In this document: positions 28,899-37,466 of the stretch, piece by piece
How the letters are laid out: each line of letters opens with the position of its first letter
Position numbering within the stretch: position 1 is the stretch's first letter
NCBI GenBank assembly: GCA_964442455.1
Contig: CAYTZB010000002.1
Span: 11,159-75,158, forward strand
Origin: an uncultured Gammaproteobacteria bacterium
Lineage (GTDB): Bacteria > Patescibacteriota > Microgenomatia > UBA8517 > JACQJR01
Length of the DNA stretch: 64,000 bases
Direction: 5' to 3'
Translations under genes and position numbers: made by a program
The notes under the pieces: generated by a model
Databases searched by the model: none
What the model was told of the DNA's origin: nothing
Seen by the model: only the letters and a program-made list of their open reading frames with translations

Positions 28899-29822
28899 AT
28901 GACCAACTCACGACTTACTGCCTACGTAATGCTCTTTTTTACAGCCGCAATTTGGGGTATTGCAACACCAGTTATTAAATTTACTCTTCATGATTTTTCA
29001 CCTGTTTTATTCTTAACCTACCGCTTTTTTCTTACCTCTCTTGTTCTTTTACCAATTCTGGGATTCACCCATCATGATTTCAATATTAAAAATCATCTTA
29101 ACAAACGGGAGTTGTTCGCTTTTGTACTCGTTGCCCTTTTGGGGAGCACCATTAATTTAGGTCTCCTCTTTTGGGGACTTGAGCACACTACCGCAATTTT
29201 TGCTTCACTCCTTAGCGACATCAGTCCTATTTTCGTTGTTGTTGCAGGCGTAATTTTTCTGAAAGAACGAATTAGCAGCTTAGAAAAAATCGGTCTTGGT
29301 ATTGCGTTCACCGGAGCAAGCGTACTTACATTCTCGCCTTCTATTGCCGACGGAAATTCAACTGTGTTTGGTAACCTTTTAATTCTACTTGCTAACTTTG
29401 CCTGGGTAGCCTATGTCATCCTCGCAAAAATAGAGCTCAAGCAACGTGTTTCTCCACTTTTGCTCGTAACGAGTTCTTTTCTTTTAGGGTTTATCACTAT
29501 GTTGCCGCTTGCTATTTGGCAAACAGGATCACTTGCTGCTCTTATTTCATTTATTGCACAACAACCACTCGCTTCTCATGCGGGCGTATGGTATATGGCC
29601 ATCATCTCAGGTGCTCTTGCATACTGGCTTTTCCAGGAAGGGCAACGAAGAGTTGAGGCAGGCGAAGCAACAATTTTTATGTATCTTTCGCCTCTTTTTG
29701 CAATTCCACTTTCAGTCATCTGGCTCCATGAAACAATTACACTCCCGATTATTATTGGCGCAACAATTACAGTGATAGGAGTGGTAATTGCTGAATACAA
29801 GAGAAGAAGGAAATCAAATTAA
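28899..29822 (+). CDS. EamA/DMT-family transporter
   Basis: Ten TM helices arranged as two EamA repeats. Confidence 0.8.
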   Translation: MTNSRLTAYVMLFFTAAIWGIATPVIKFTLHDFSPVLFLTYRFFLTSLVLLPILGFTHHDFNIKNHLNKRELFAFVLVALLGSTINLGLLFWGLEHTTAIFASLLSDISPIFVVVAGVIFLKERISSLEKIGLGIAFTGASVLTFSPSIADGNSTVFGNLLILLANFAWVAYVILAKIELKQRVSPLLLVTSSFLLGFITMLPLAIWQTGSLAALISFIAQQPLASHAGVWYMAIISGALAYWLFQEGQRRVEAGEATIFMYLSPLFAIPLSVIWLHETITLPIIIGATITVIGVVIAEYKRRRKSN

Positions 29823-29865
29823 CCTAATTAACCTAAATTTAGACATTAGGTCATTGAGATTTATT

Positions 29866-29898
29866 TAGAAATTAGGAATTAGAATAATTAGAAATTGA
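29866..29898 (+). repeat. AT-rich motif TTAGAAATTAGGAATTAGAATAATTAGAAATTG upstream of rpmE
   Basis: Near-identical to the reverse complement of the 29-mer at 32619-32647 and 58687-58715. Confidence 0.55.
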
Positions 29899-29932
29899 AT
29901 TTAGCCTTAGTTTCTGGTAATATATACTTACT

Positions 29933-30256
29933 ATGAAAGCAGCAATTCATCCCCAATGGTATTCGGAGGCGCGAGTTACGTGTGGTAGCTGCGGAACAAC
30001 GTTTACCGTGGGATCAACGGTTCCAGAAATCCACGTTGAAGTATGTTCCAATTGCCATCCATTCTTTACTGGCGAGGCAAAGTTTATTGACACAAAGGGG
30101 CGCGTTGACCGATTCCGAGAACTGCAAGAAAAGAAAGTTTCGCAAATCTTGTCAAAGAAAGAAAAAAGAAAACTAAAAAGGGAAAAGAGAATTAAAGAAG
30201 AGCTTGAACGACCGGAAAGCTTGAAAGAACTACGAAAAGTGGCAAATAAAAAGTAA
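29933..30256 (+). CDS. rpmE: 50S ribosomal protein L31 with Lys-rich C-terminal extension
   Basis: [10 protein letters not shown]...CGSCG...[10 protein letters not shown] zinc-ribbon L31, plus a [12 protein letters not shown] tail. Confidence 0.9.
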   Translation: MKAAIHPQWYSEARVTCGSCGTTFTVGSTVPEIHVEVCSNCHPFFTGEAKFIDTKGRVDRFRELQEKKVSQILSKKEKRKLKREKRIKEELERPESLKELRKVANKK

Positions 30257-30309
30257 CATGTAACACGTTTTCATCCTTCCTGTTACTTGCCAACCATTAC
30301 CTACTAACC

Positions 30310-31017
30310 ATGAATGATAATCAAGTCCAAACCATATATCTTGAAACTCGCCCAGCTGCAGGGGGTGATGAAGCCTCAATATGGGCTTCTGATTTACTCC
30401 GTATGTACACGCGATTTGCAGGCAGATGTGGATGGAAGGCAACCCAAGTGGACGACAATGTAATTAAAATCTCTGGCACAAATGTTTTTGGGGAGTTAAA
30501 ACACGAGTCAGGGGTTCATAGAGTCCAAAGAATTCCGGAAACAGAACGCAGAGGAAGAATTCATACCTCCACTGCAACAGTCGCTGTCCTCCCAGAGATT
30601 GCTGAAAAGGATATTTCAATTAATCAAAATGACCTGGATTGGCAATTTTACAGAGCATCGGGACACGGTGGTCAAAATGTTCAAAAAGTTTCAACAGCGG
30701 TCCGTTTGCGACATATTCCTACCGGCATCGTTGTCACTGCTCAACAAGAACGCTTCCAAGAACAAAATAGAAAAATCGCTCTAAGCTTGCTTCGAGCGAA
30801 GTTATACGAGCGAGAAGAAGAGGAAAAAATGCGTACCATTGCAGGATACCGATCAGTTATTGGTCGTGGCATGCGTGCAGAAAAAATTAGAACGTATAAT
30901 TTCCCCCAAAGCAGAATAACAGATCACCGAATCGGCAAATCCTGGGGAAATTTAGAAGATGTTATGGAAGGAAATTTAGATAAGATTACAACTGCACTTT
31001 CTACTTACACTGGTTGA
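30310..31017 (+). CDS. class I peptide chain release factor lacking N-terminal domain 1 (RF1-like PxT and GGQ present)
   Basis: RVQRIPETERRGRIHTST (PxT-type tripeptide) and SGHGGQNVQKV. Only 235 aa. No upstream frame for a frameshifted N-terminal domain. Confidence 0.85.
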   Translation: MNDNQVQTIYLETRPAAGGDEASIWASDLLRMYTRFAGRCGWKATQVDDNVIKISGTNVFGELKHESGVHRVQRIPETERRGRIHTSTATVAVLPEIAEKDISINQNDLDWQFYRASGHGGQNVQKVSTAVRLRHIPTGIVVTAQQERFQEQNRKIALSLLRAKLYEREEEEKMRTIAGYRSVIGRGMRAEKIRTYNFPQSRITDHRIGKSWGNLEDVMEGNLDKITTALSTYTG

Positions 31018-31445
31018 GTTTGGTTAACAAGAGGTAGGGATATTCTCCGGGTCATCTTGATCTCATCAAGGTTCAGATTATATTCTTCGTATAAACTATC
31101 GATATAAAAACCAATAAGCATTCTACGGATAGAGTGACCCCTGCCTTTCGAGGCACGCAATACCAGAACTTTTGGTACAATCCTACCCTCTTCATCTTTT
31201 TTTAGACCATTTCTGAAAACTACCCTTTGGAGTAAAAGAATCCCACCGGCTCCTTCAATTAATTCACAACTTACTCCTATATCAGTCTCTCCCAGTTGAA
31301 TTCCTTGGCCCTCCCTTAATCTAATAGCACGAATCCCATCGGAAATTACTGGACTTACTATACCAATTCGTTGCAATAATGCTACTGTATCGTCTCTATT
31401 TAGATATTCTATATTCCGTTGAATTAATCCTTCTTTCAAACTCAT
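31005..31445 (-). CDS. hypothetical protein (146 aa)
   Basis: ORF only. Its 3' end overlaps the RF gene by 13 nt, convergently. Confidence 0.4.
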   Translation of the reverse strand: MSLKEGLIQRNIEYLNRDDTVALLQRIGIVSPVISDGIRAIRLREGQGIQLGETDIGVSCELIEGAGGILLLQRVVFRNGLKKDEEGRIVPKVLVLRASKGRGHSIRRMLIGFYIDSLYEEYNLNLDEIKMTRRISLPLVNQTQPV

Positions 31446-31451
31446 TTTTGA

Positions 31452-32618
31452 TTATTCCCCTGACTCAACAAGGGTTGTAGAAACTGTGAGGGCTTGACCA
31501 CCTGTCTGCGCAGGCAGGTCGCGCCACAATTCAATGCTCACTCTATCCCCAACTTTTCTCTTATTAATCAAGGAGGCCAAACCACCAGTCTCTTCTTTTA
31601 TCGCTTCTCCATCAAGTTTTGTCAAGATATCATTTTCCTCTATTCCCGCTGTCTTGGCAGGACTTCCTTCAACTACCTCAACGACATAAGCACCTTGAGG
31701 GACTTCATTCAAAATTGCTGCTTCACCACTTATCATCTGATAACGAACGCCTAAAAATGGACGTGAGAAACGACCGGTTTGCTCAAAGTTTTGGATTGAG
31801 TCCTTGACAATGTTTATTGGAATAGCAAATCCCACATTTTCCGCCCCAGCAGCCACCGCCACATTAACACCTATAACTTGTCCGGCTGAATTAAGAAGTG
31901 GCCCTCCCGAATTTCCCGGATTGATTGCCGCGTCTGTTTGAATAACATTATCCAAACGCTCAACGAACCCTTCAAAAGGCGTCCCCGCAGTAATTCCCCG
32001 TCCCAGCCCAGATATAACACCGGTTGTAACGGTGTGGCGGAATTCACCAAGTGCGGTACCGATTGCAATCACGAACTGTCCGACTTTAAGGTTACTTGAG
32101 TCGCCTAAATCAACAGGTTTTAGTCCTGAGGTGGCCGTTGGACTTACTTTAAGGATTGACAAGTCATTGGCCGGGTCCCGATAAATTTTTTCAACAACAA
32201 ATTCCTTATCATCTTTTGTAATCACCTTATATTGCACGCCTGATTCGGAAACCACATGTTTATTAGTAACAATAAGGCCGTCAACGGAAATAATAAACCC
32301 TGTCGCAATATCCTGTTTGCCTCCTTCCTCTCTTACTCCGAGTCCCCCAAAAGGAGAAAACTGAAGAACCTTTCTGCGGGGCGACTCCCGGGAAATGGTA
32401 ACAACCGACGGAGATACTCTTTCTGCAACATCAATCACTACCGATTCCTCGGTCAATATTTTTTGCTCTACCTCCCCGGTACGAAGACCCCCACTGCGAG
32501 GAAACAGTTTATCAAGGGGTTTAATACCAAATAAACGATCGGCAATCGCTCCTCCGAAAATGGAAGCAAGAACTACCACACCAACTGCAATACCTATTAG
32601 GAAACGACGGACTCTCAT
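31452..32618 (-). CDS. HtrA/DegP-family serine protease (trypsin domain + PDZ)
   Basis: GNSGGPLLNSAGQVIGVN active-site region, C-terminal PDZ domain, N-terminal TM segment. Confidence 0.9.
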   Translation of the reverse strand: MRVRRFLIGIAVGVVVLASIFGGAIADRLFGIKPLDKLFPRSGGLRTGEVEQKILTEESVVIDVAERVSPSVVTISRESPRRKVLQFSPFGGLGVREEGGKQDIATGFIISVDGLIVTNKHVVSESGVQYKVITKDDKEFVVEKIYRDPANDLSILKVSPTATSGLKPVDLGDSSNLKVGQFVIAIGTALGEFRHTVTTGVISGLGRGITAGTPFEGFVERLDNVIQTDAAINPGNSGGPLLNSAGQVIGVNVAVAAGAENVGFAIPINIVKDSIQNFEQTGRFSRPFLGVRYQMISGEAAILNEVPQGAYVVEVVEGSPAKTAGIEENDILTKLDGEAIKEETGGLASLINKRKVGDRVSIELWRDLPAQTGGQALTVSTTLVESGE

Positions 32619-32647
32619 AAAAATTTCTAATTATTCTAATTTCTAAT
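32619..32647. repeat. 29-nt AT-rich motif AAAATTTCTAATTATTCTAATTTCTAATT abutting the htrA start codon
   Basis: Identical 29-mer at 58687-58715. A reverse-complement variant lies at 29866-29898. Confidence 0.65.
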
Positions 32648-32737
32648 TAACCTAATCAAATCCCAATTTCTCAAATTTCTAAAATTAGTCATTGGTCATT
32701 ATTTAGAAATTAGGTCAATTAGAGCAATTAGGTTAAT

Positions 32738-33973
32738 TTATTTTACTAGCTCCTCAACCGCTCTTTGTAATTGTTCGTCTTCTTCAGTATCCGCTTTGTC
32801 TTCCACTTTTATATCCGGTTCAAGACCTTTCTCGTTTACCCAGGTTCCATTAGGGGTTAACCACCGAGCTGTTGTAATATGAAGTCCTGCTCCTCCCAGC
32901 AACTCCTGTGCCTCCTGGATTGTCCCTTTTCCAAACGTTGCCTCGCCTATCAGCTTTGCCCCTCTCAAATCGCGCAACGCTCCCGCGACAATTTCACTCG
33001 CCGAAGCCGACCCTTTGTTCATCAACACAACTGTAGGAAAGTTACTTAAGCGGCCTTTACCAGTTGCCGTAAAGTTTTGTCTATTCCCTTCTGCATTTTC
33101 TTGCATAACAATCGTTCCGCTCCTTACAAACTCCGACGCAAAGTATACTGCGCCATTTAAGAAACCCCCAGGGTTATTTCTAACATCAAGAATCACGCCT
33201 TTTATTCCTGGTTTTTTAAGAATCTCAGATACCTTCGTATCCCATTCCTTATTTGTACTTTCCCCAAAGCGCAGGAGCTTAAGATGAGCAAGAGACTCTC
33301 CTTCTCCTACAAATGAAAGCTCGACAGAGGGAACATCAATCTTTGCACGCATGACGTTAACTTCAAAAGGTTCGAGGACTCCTTCACGGCTTACCGTCAA
33401 TTTTACTTCCGTCCCCGCGGGACCACGTATAGCTTCAACAGCCGTCGGCAAATCAATTCCCACTGTCCCTTTCTCTATTCCTCTCTTTTCATCTTTTATA
33501 AACAAGATAAAATCGCCAGCTTTGAGACCTGCTTTTTGGGCCGGAGTCCCCTCAAGCGGCGCAATTACTGCAAGTTGTGTTCCACGAAATCCAATCTGAA
33601 TACCCACTCCTTCAAATGAGCCGGATAAATCTTCTACCGTCCTTTTTTGCTCACTTGGCGGCAAAAAGGTAGTGTAGGGATCGCCAGCTCCAGCAACCAT
33701 CCCTTTAATAGCCCCATAAATCAATGCGCGGTTGTCGAGTTTTTCTTTTTCTAGGTAGTCACGATGGAGTCTATCCCACACATCCCAAAAGAGGGAAAAT
33801 TGGAGCTCCTGTTTGCCGGGAGGCAGTTCTCTTGAAATGATTACTCTTGGTTTTGAGTCCTGGAAATTGATAGTCAATCCTGCCTGCCCGAGCCAATATC
33901 CGGCACCAAAGAACGCCACCGCACCAACCACAAAAAACAGAACTCGGCGAGCAATTGAGCGGCTAATCTTCAT
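32738..33973 (-). CDS. carboxyl-terminal processing peptidase (S41, CtpA-like)
   Basis: PDZ domain plus S41 catalytic region, GSASASEIVAGALRDLRGAKLIGEATFGKGTIQ. Confidence 0.88.
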   Translation of the reverse strand: MKISRSIARRVLFFVVGAVAFFGAGYWLGQAGLTINFQDSKPRVIISRELPPGKQELQFSLFWDVWDRLHRDYLEKEKLDNRALIYGAIKGMVAGAGDPYTTFLPPSEQKRTVEDLSGSFEGVGIQIGFRGTQLAVIAPLEGTPAQKAGLKAGDFILFIKDEKRGIEKGTVGIDLPTAVEAIRGPAGTEVKLTVSREGVLEPFEVNVMRAKIDVPSVELSFVGEGESLAHLKLLRFGESTNKEWDTKVSEILKKPGIKGVILDVRNNPGGFLNGAVYFASEFVRSGTIVMQENAEGNRQNFTATGKGRLSNFPTVVLMNKGSASASEIVAGALRDLRGAKLIGEATFGKGTIQEAQELLGGAGLHITTARWLTPNGTWVNEKGLEPDIKVEDKADTEEDEQLQRAVEELVK

Positions 33974-34191
33974 AGATGGACTCTTTGTGCAAAGGGAAGA
34001 AGCGCTAAAAAGCGAGCTCGTTTAATTTCTTTCGTCAGCTGGCGTTGATGCTTTGCACACACCCCTGTTCGTTTCCTCCCAACAATTTTACCCCTATCAG
34101 TTAGGAATTTGCCCAATGCGACAGTATCCCCCAAATAGGGGGCTTTGTCGCTATGACAAAATGGACATGGACGTTTCCTTGTTTGAACCAT
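33970..34191 (-). CDS. rpsR: 30S ribosomal protein S18
   Basis: CPFC...YLGDTVALGKFLTDRGKIVGRKRTGVCAKHQRQLTKEIKRARFLALLP. Confidence 0.9.
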   Translation of the reverse strand: MVQTRKRPCPFCHSDKAPYLGDTVALGKFLTDRGKIVGRKRTGVCAKHQRQLTKEIKRARFLALLPFAQRVHL

Positions 34192-34727
34192 TAGAACGGC
34201 ATCTCCTCATTTTCGGGTACTTCTTTTTCTTCTGAGGCAGATGTGCCCTCGGTCTGCTTTTTACCCTTACTCTTCTTGGGTTGTGACTGTTGGTCGGGAG
34301 GAGCGGCTTCTGTCACCTCTCCTTCTGACACGCCCTCTAAAGGCAGCTCTCCACCAACTTCAGCCGGCACCTCAATTTCTGCTGCAACTCCCCTGCTGTC
34401 AAGAATAATCATATCGTGTGCAACGATTTCAGTTATCTGTCGCTGTGCACCATCCTGACCAGTAAAGGAACGGTTTGAGAGCCGCCCCTCAATATACACT
34501 CTTCTCCCTTTAGAGAGCAACTGACTGCAGATTTCCGCCAACTTGTTCCACGCTACAATTCGATGAAAATCCGCCTCTTCTCTCTTTTCGCCGCTATCGG
34601 TTGTCCACTGCCTATTGGTCGCTATGGAAAAGGTGCATACCGCACTCCCTTGAGGGGTATAGCGCAGTTCCGGATCTCTAGTCAAGTTGCCAATTAACTG
34701 TACCTTATTCAGTGACCGTGTTGCCAT
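34191..34727 (-). CDS. ssb: single-stranded DNA-binding protein
   Basis: LNKVQLIGNLTRDPELRYTPQGSAVCTFSIATNRQW OB-fold with an acidic C-terminal tail ending in PF. Confidence 0.9.
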   Translation of the reverse strand: MATRSLNKVQLIGNLTRDPELRYTPQGSAVCTFSIATNRQWTTDSGEKREEADFHRIVAWNKLAEICSQLLSKGRRVYIEGRLSNRSFTGQDGAQRQITEIVAHDMIILDSRGVAAEIEVPAEVGGELPLEGVSEGEVTEAAPPDQQSQPKKSKGKKQTEGTSASEEKEVPENEEMPF

Positions 34728-34746
34728 ACTCTATATATTCCCCTAC

Positions 34747-35157
34747 TCACCCCCTCTTTTTCTTCACTGGCGTTTTTGCTTTCTTTGTCTCCCGTTTTGG
34801 TTTTGCCTCGGCAGTGGAGGCTTTTTTCTCCTCATCCTTGTCGCTTTTTTGTTTACTTTCTTGCACTGTTTCGGGCGTCTTTTGCGCAATTCTTTTTACC
34901 AGTAAATGACGCAACACATGCTCCTCTAGGCGAAGCTCGTGAGAAAGCTGGGAAGAGTGTGTAGGGGAAAGTGTGAGTTTTACCACAAAAAAAGAAGCGG
35001 CACTCTGCTTTTTAATCGGATACGTAAGGTCCTTTGTGCCCCATTCCACCACCTCATCGACTGTACCCTGAAAACCACCGATAAGTTTTTTTACGTGCTC
35101 AAGAATGCTGTCACCCTGGCTATCTTGCGTCAAAATAACCAACTCGTACTGTTGCAT
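34747..35157 (-). CDS. rpsF: 30S ribosomal protein S6 with Lys-rich C-terminal extension
   Basis: MQQYELVILTQ... S6 fold. Forms an rpsF-ssb-rpsR operon. Confidence 0.88.
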   Translation of the reverse strand: MQQYELVILTQDSQGDSILEHVKKLIGGFQGTVDEVVEWGTKDLTYPIKKQSAASFFVVKLTLSPTHSSQLSHELRLEEHVLRHLLVKRIAQKTPETVQESKQKSDKDEEKKASTAEAKPKRETKKAKTPVKKKRG

Positions 35158-35235
35158 ACTTCTGTGAGTATACCAAATTCAATTTTCAATTATCAATTGC
35201 CAATTTTAAACTCTATAACGTCCCATTCTTAAATA

Positions 35236-36351
35236 TTACTTAAGACGAGTAATGAAATCATCAAAGTTTGGTGCATTATCATCCGACATACTCAAAATTA
35301 TGCCTAAGCCGTATGCATCCCGCTTAAAATTGGTATCAAAGGAAAGCCCACTTTGGGAAGCCAAAAATCTTGCCAATCCGAAAAAGTCACTTTCCATATG
35401 GAACTTTTGAAAAACCTTCTCCCAAGAACGACGCTTTTTAAAAAGAGCTTCCAAACGGTTCACCACGCGATCAATCTTTATTCCGGGAGTACCTGTCTCT
35501 CCTTCTGGACTAGACTCATACACAACAAACCCGCTCATTTGTCTTTCAACTGTAGAAACCAGGTAAGTAACAAAACCTTCATCAAAAGATCCACTAAATT
35601 TTGATTGACCTGACTCTTTATTCACATATTCGAGAGTAAACCCATGAATGGCTTCTAAATGGTAATCTTTATTGTCAGCCTTCACGATCATTTCAAGCCC
35701 TTGCTCTGGCTTCCTATTACTCCCAAATGCCGCTTTGTGGAAGAATTCATGCCAATATACTGTCCTTGCACGAGACAATGTACTCCAGTATGGCAAAACA
35801 TCCTTGGGCTGTGCGTTAAATGTACTACGAAACGAGGGTGATTCTGAACTTATAAAAATATCGCCTGTTGTATGTTCTGCATGTCCAACCACTCCTTCAC
35901 CAAATCGAGCCTCAAACTCTTGAAGAGGGAGCCAATGTACCGATTCAACTAGTTTTTCTTTGGTAAGCGGCGTCCCAGAATAGCGTGCAAAAAATTCTAC
36001 TGCAAGCTCTAAATGGTGTAGGAGAGTAGCGGAATCACCCAATAAATCTTCCCTTGTATAACCAGCCTCAAAATTTACAATTTTCTGCACTAAAGCTCTC
36101 TCAACATGAGGAAGTGGCTTAGCACCCTTCAGATCGGGATGAGAAAGGAACATTTCCTGTGGCCTACTCTCCCAGGGCCGCCAAATACCCAAACCCACTG
36201 CCGCTATCCCTGCCGTGCCCAAACCTAAAAGTTTTAAAAGATGGCGACGTGACTTAGCAAATTCAGAAAGTTTTTCTTGAGTTTCTTTCGTCCTTTTTGG
36301 CCGCCGACGCTGTTCTCTTCGCAGTAAATGCTCATCCTCCATAAAATTCAA
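35236..36351 (-). CDS. hypothetical Tat-signal protein with HExxH motif (putative secreted metallopeptidase)
   Basis: SRRHLLKLLGLGTAGIAAVG twin-arginine-like signal, and WHEFFHKAAFG (HExxH). Confidence 0.5.
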   Translation of the reverse strand: MNFMEDEHLLRREQRRRPKRTKETQEKLSEFAKSRRHLLKLLGLGTAGIAAVGLGIWRPWESRPQEMFLSHPDLKGAKPLPHVERALVQKIVNFEAGYTREDLLGDSATLLHHLELAVEFFARYSGTPLTKEKLVESVHWLPLQEFEARFGEGVVGHAEHTTGDIFISSESPSFRSTFNAQPKDVLPYWSTLSRARTVYWHEFFHKAAFGSNRKPEQGLEMIVKADNKDYHLEAIHGFTLEYVNKESGQSKFSGSFDEGFVTYLVSTVERQMSGFVVYESSPEGETGTPGIKIDRVVNRLEALFKKRRSWEKVFQKFHMESDFFGLARFLASQSGLSFDTNFKRDAYGLGIILSMSDDNAPNFDDFITRLK

Positions 36352-37466
36352 CTCCCAGTCTTGAATTCTATCACATCTCCATCCTGCACGACATACTCTT
36401 TTCCTTCGAACCTAACCTTCCCTTGTTCACGAGCTTTACTCCATCCTCCCACACGAACCAGTTCCTCAAAATGAATCACATCCGCTTTAATGAAATGTTT
36501 CTCAAAGTCAGAATGAATAACTCCTGCAGCTTGGGGAGATTTTGTGCCTTTCTTAATCGTCCATGCACGAACTTCCTTGGGGCCTGCCGTTAGAAAAGAA
36601 ATAAGCCCCAAAAGTTGATACGCCTTCTTAATTAGTCGCTCAAGACCGGTTTGTTCAAGTCCGACTGACGCAAGATACTCTCTCCTTTCATCCTCTGATA
36701 AATCCGCTAAATCTTCCTCCAGCTTTGCACAGATTACCAATTCATCTTCGCCCTGGACATTTTCTTCACGATCGTGAACTTTTTGTCCATACTCTTCTTC
36801 ACTCACATTGTATACAAATAAAACTGGCTTAATTGATAAAAGAGGCAATTTTTCAAACCAAATTTTCAATCGTTCATCTCGCAGACCCTGAGCGAAGTCG
36901 AAGGACTTCACTCTCTTTCCCTGTTCAAAACTTGCTTTTAAATTATTCAAAATCTCTAGCTTTTCAGCTTCTAATTTATCCTGAGCTTGCCGAATGGATT
37001 TTTCTTGCGCATCTATTAACTTCTCAATCGTTTGCAGATCAGCGAGCGCAAGTTCTGTCTCAACCGTTTCGCGATCAGACACGGGATCTGTACTCCCCGC
37101 TCGTACGACATTCTCATCATTAAAATCCCGAAGAACATGAACAATTGCGTCTACTTCCCGAATATGCGAAAGAAACTGGTTACCCAACCCTTCCCCTTTG
37201 TGGGCACCTTTTACCAAACCTGCAATATCAACAAATTGAACAACCGGTGGTACTATCGGTGGCAATTCCTCCATCTTTTCCTCATTCTTCACAAGCTCTG
37301 CTAAATTTTCTAATCTTTCATCAGGGACCGCAACGACCCCTACGTTTGGTTCAACCGTTGCAAATGGATAATTCGCCGATAACGCAACACGCTTCTTAAG
37401 AAGCGCATTAAACAGCGTCGACTTCCCCACATTCGGAAGTCCTATAATGCCAACCGATAGGTTCAT
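36348..37466 (-). CDS. ychF: ribosome-binding ATPase YchF/Ola1
   Basis: [17 protein letters not shown] Walker A, TGS-like C-terminus. Confidence 0.93.
   Translation of the reverse strand: MNLSVGIIGLPNVGKSTLFNALLKKRVALSANYPFATVEPNVGVVAVPDERLENLAELVKNEEKMEELPPIVPPVVQFVDIAGLVKGAHKGEGLGNQFLSHIREVDAIVHVLRDFNDENVVRAGSTDPVSDRETVETELALADLQTIEKLIDAQEKSIRQAQDKLEAEKLEILNNLKASFEQGKRVKSFDFAQGLRDERLKIWFEKLPLLSIKPVLFVYNVSEEEYGQKVHDREENVQGEDELVICAKLEEDLADLSEDERREYLASVGLEQTGLERLIKKAYQLLGLISFLTAGPKEVRAWTIKKGTKSPQAAGVIHSDFEKHFIKADVIHFEELVRVGGWSKAREQGKVRFEGKEYVVQDGDVIEFKTGS

Noticed and set aside
30257-30330. Programmed +1 frameshift (RF2-type CTT TGA C) to supply a missing N-terminal domain of the release factor
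   Set aside because: There is no upstream in-frame coding sequence or frameshift heptamer. rpmE ends 53 nt upstream.
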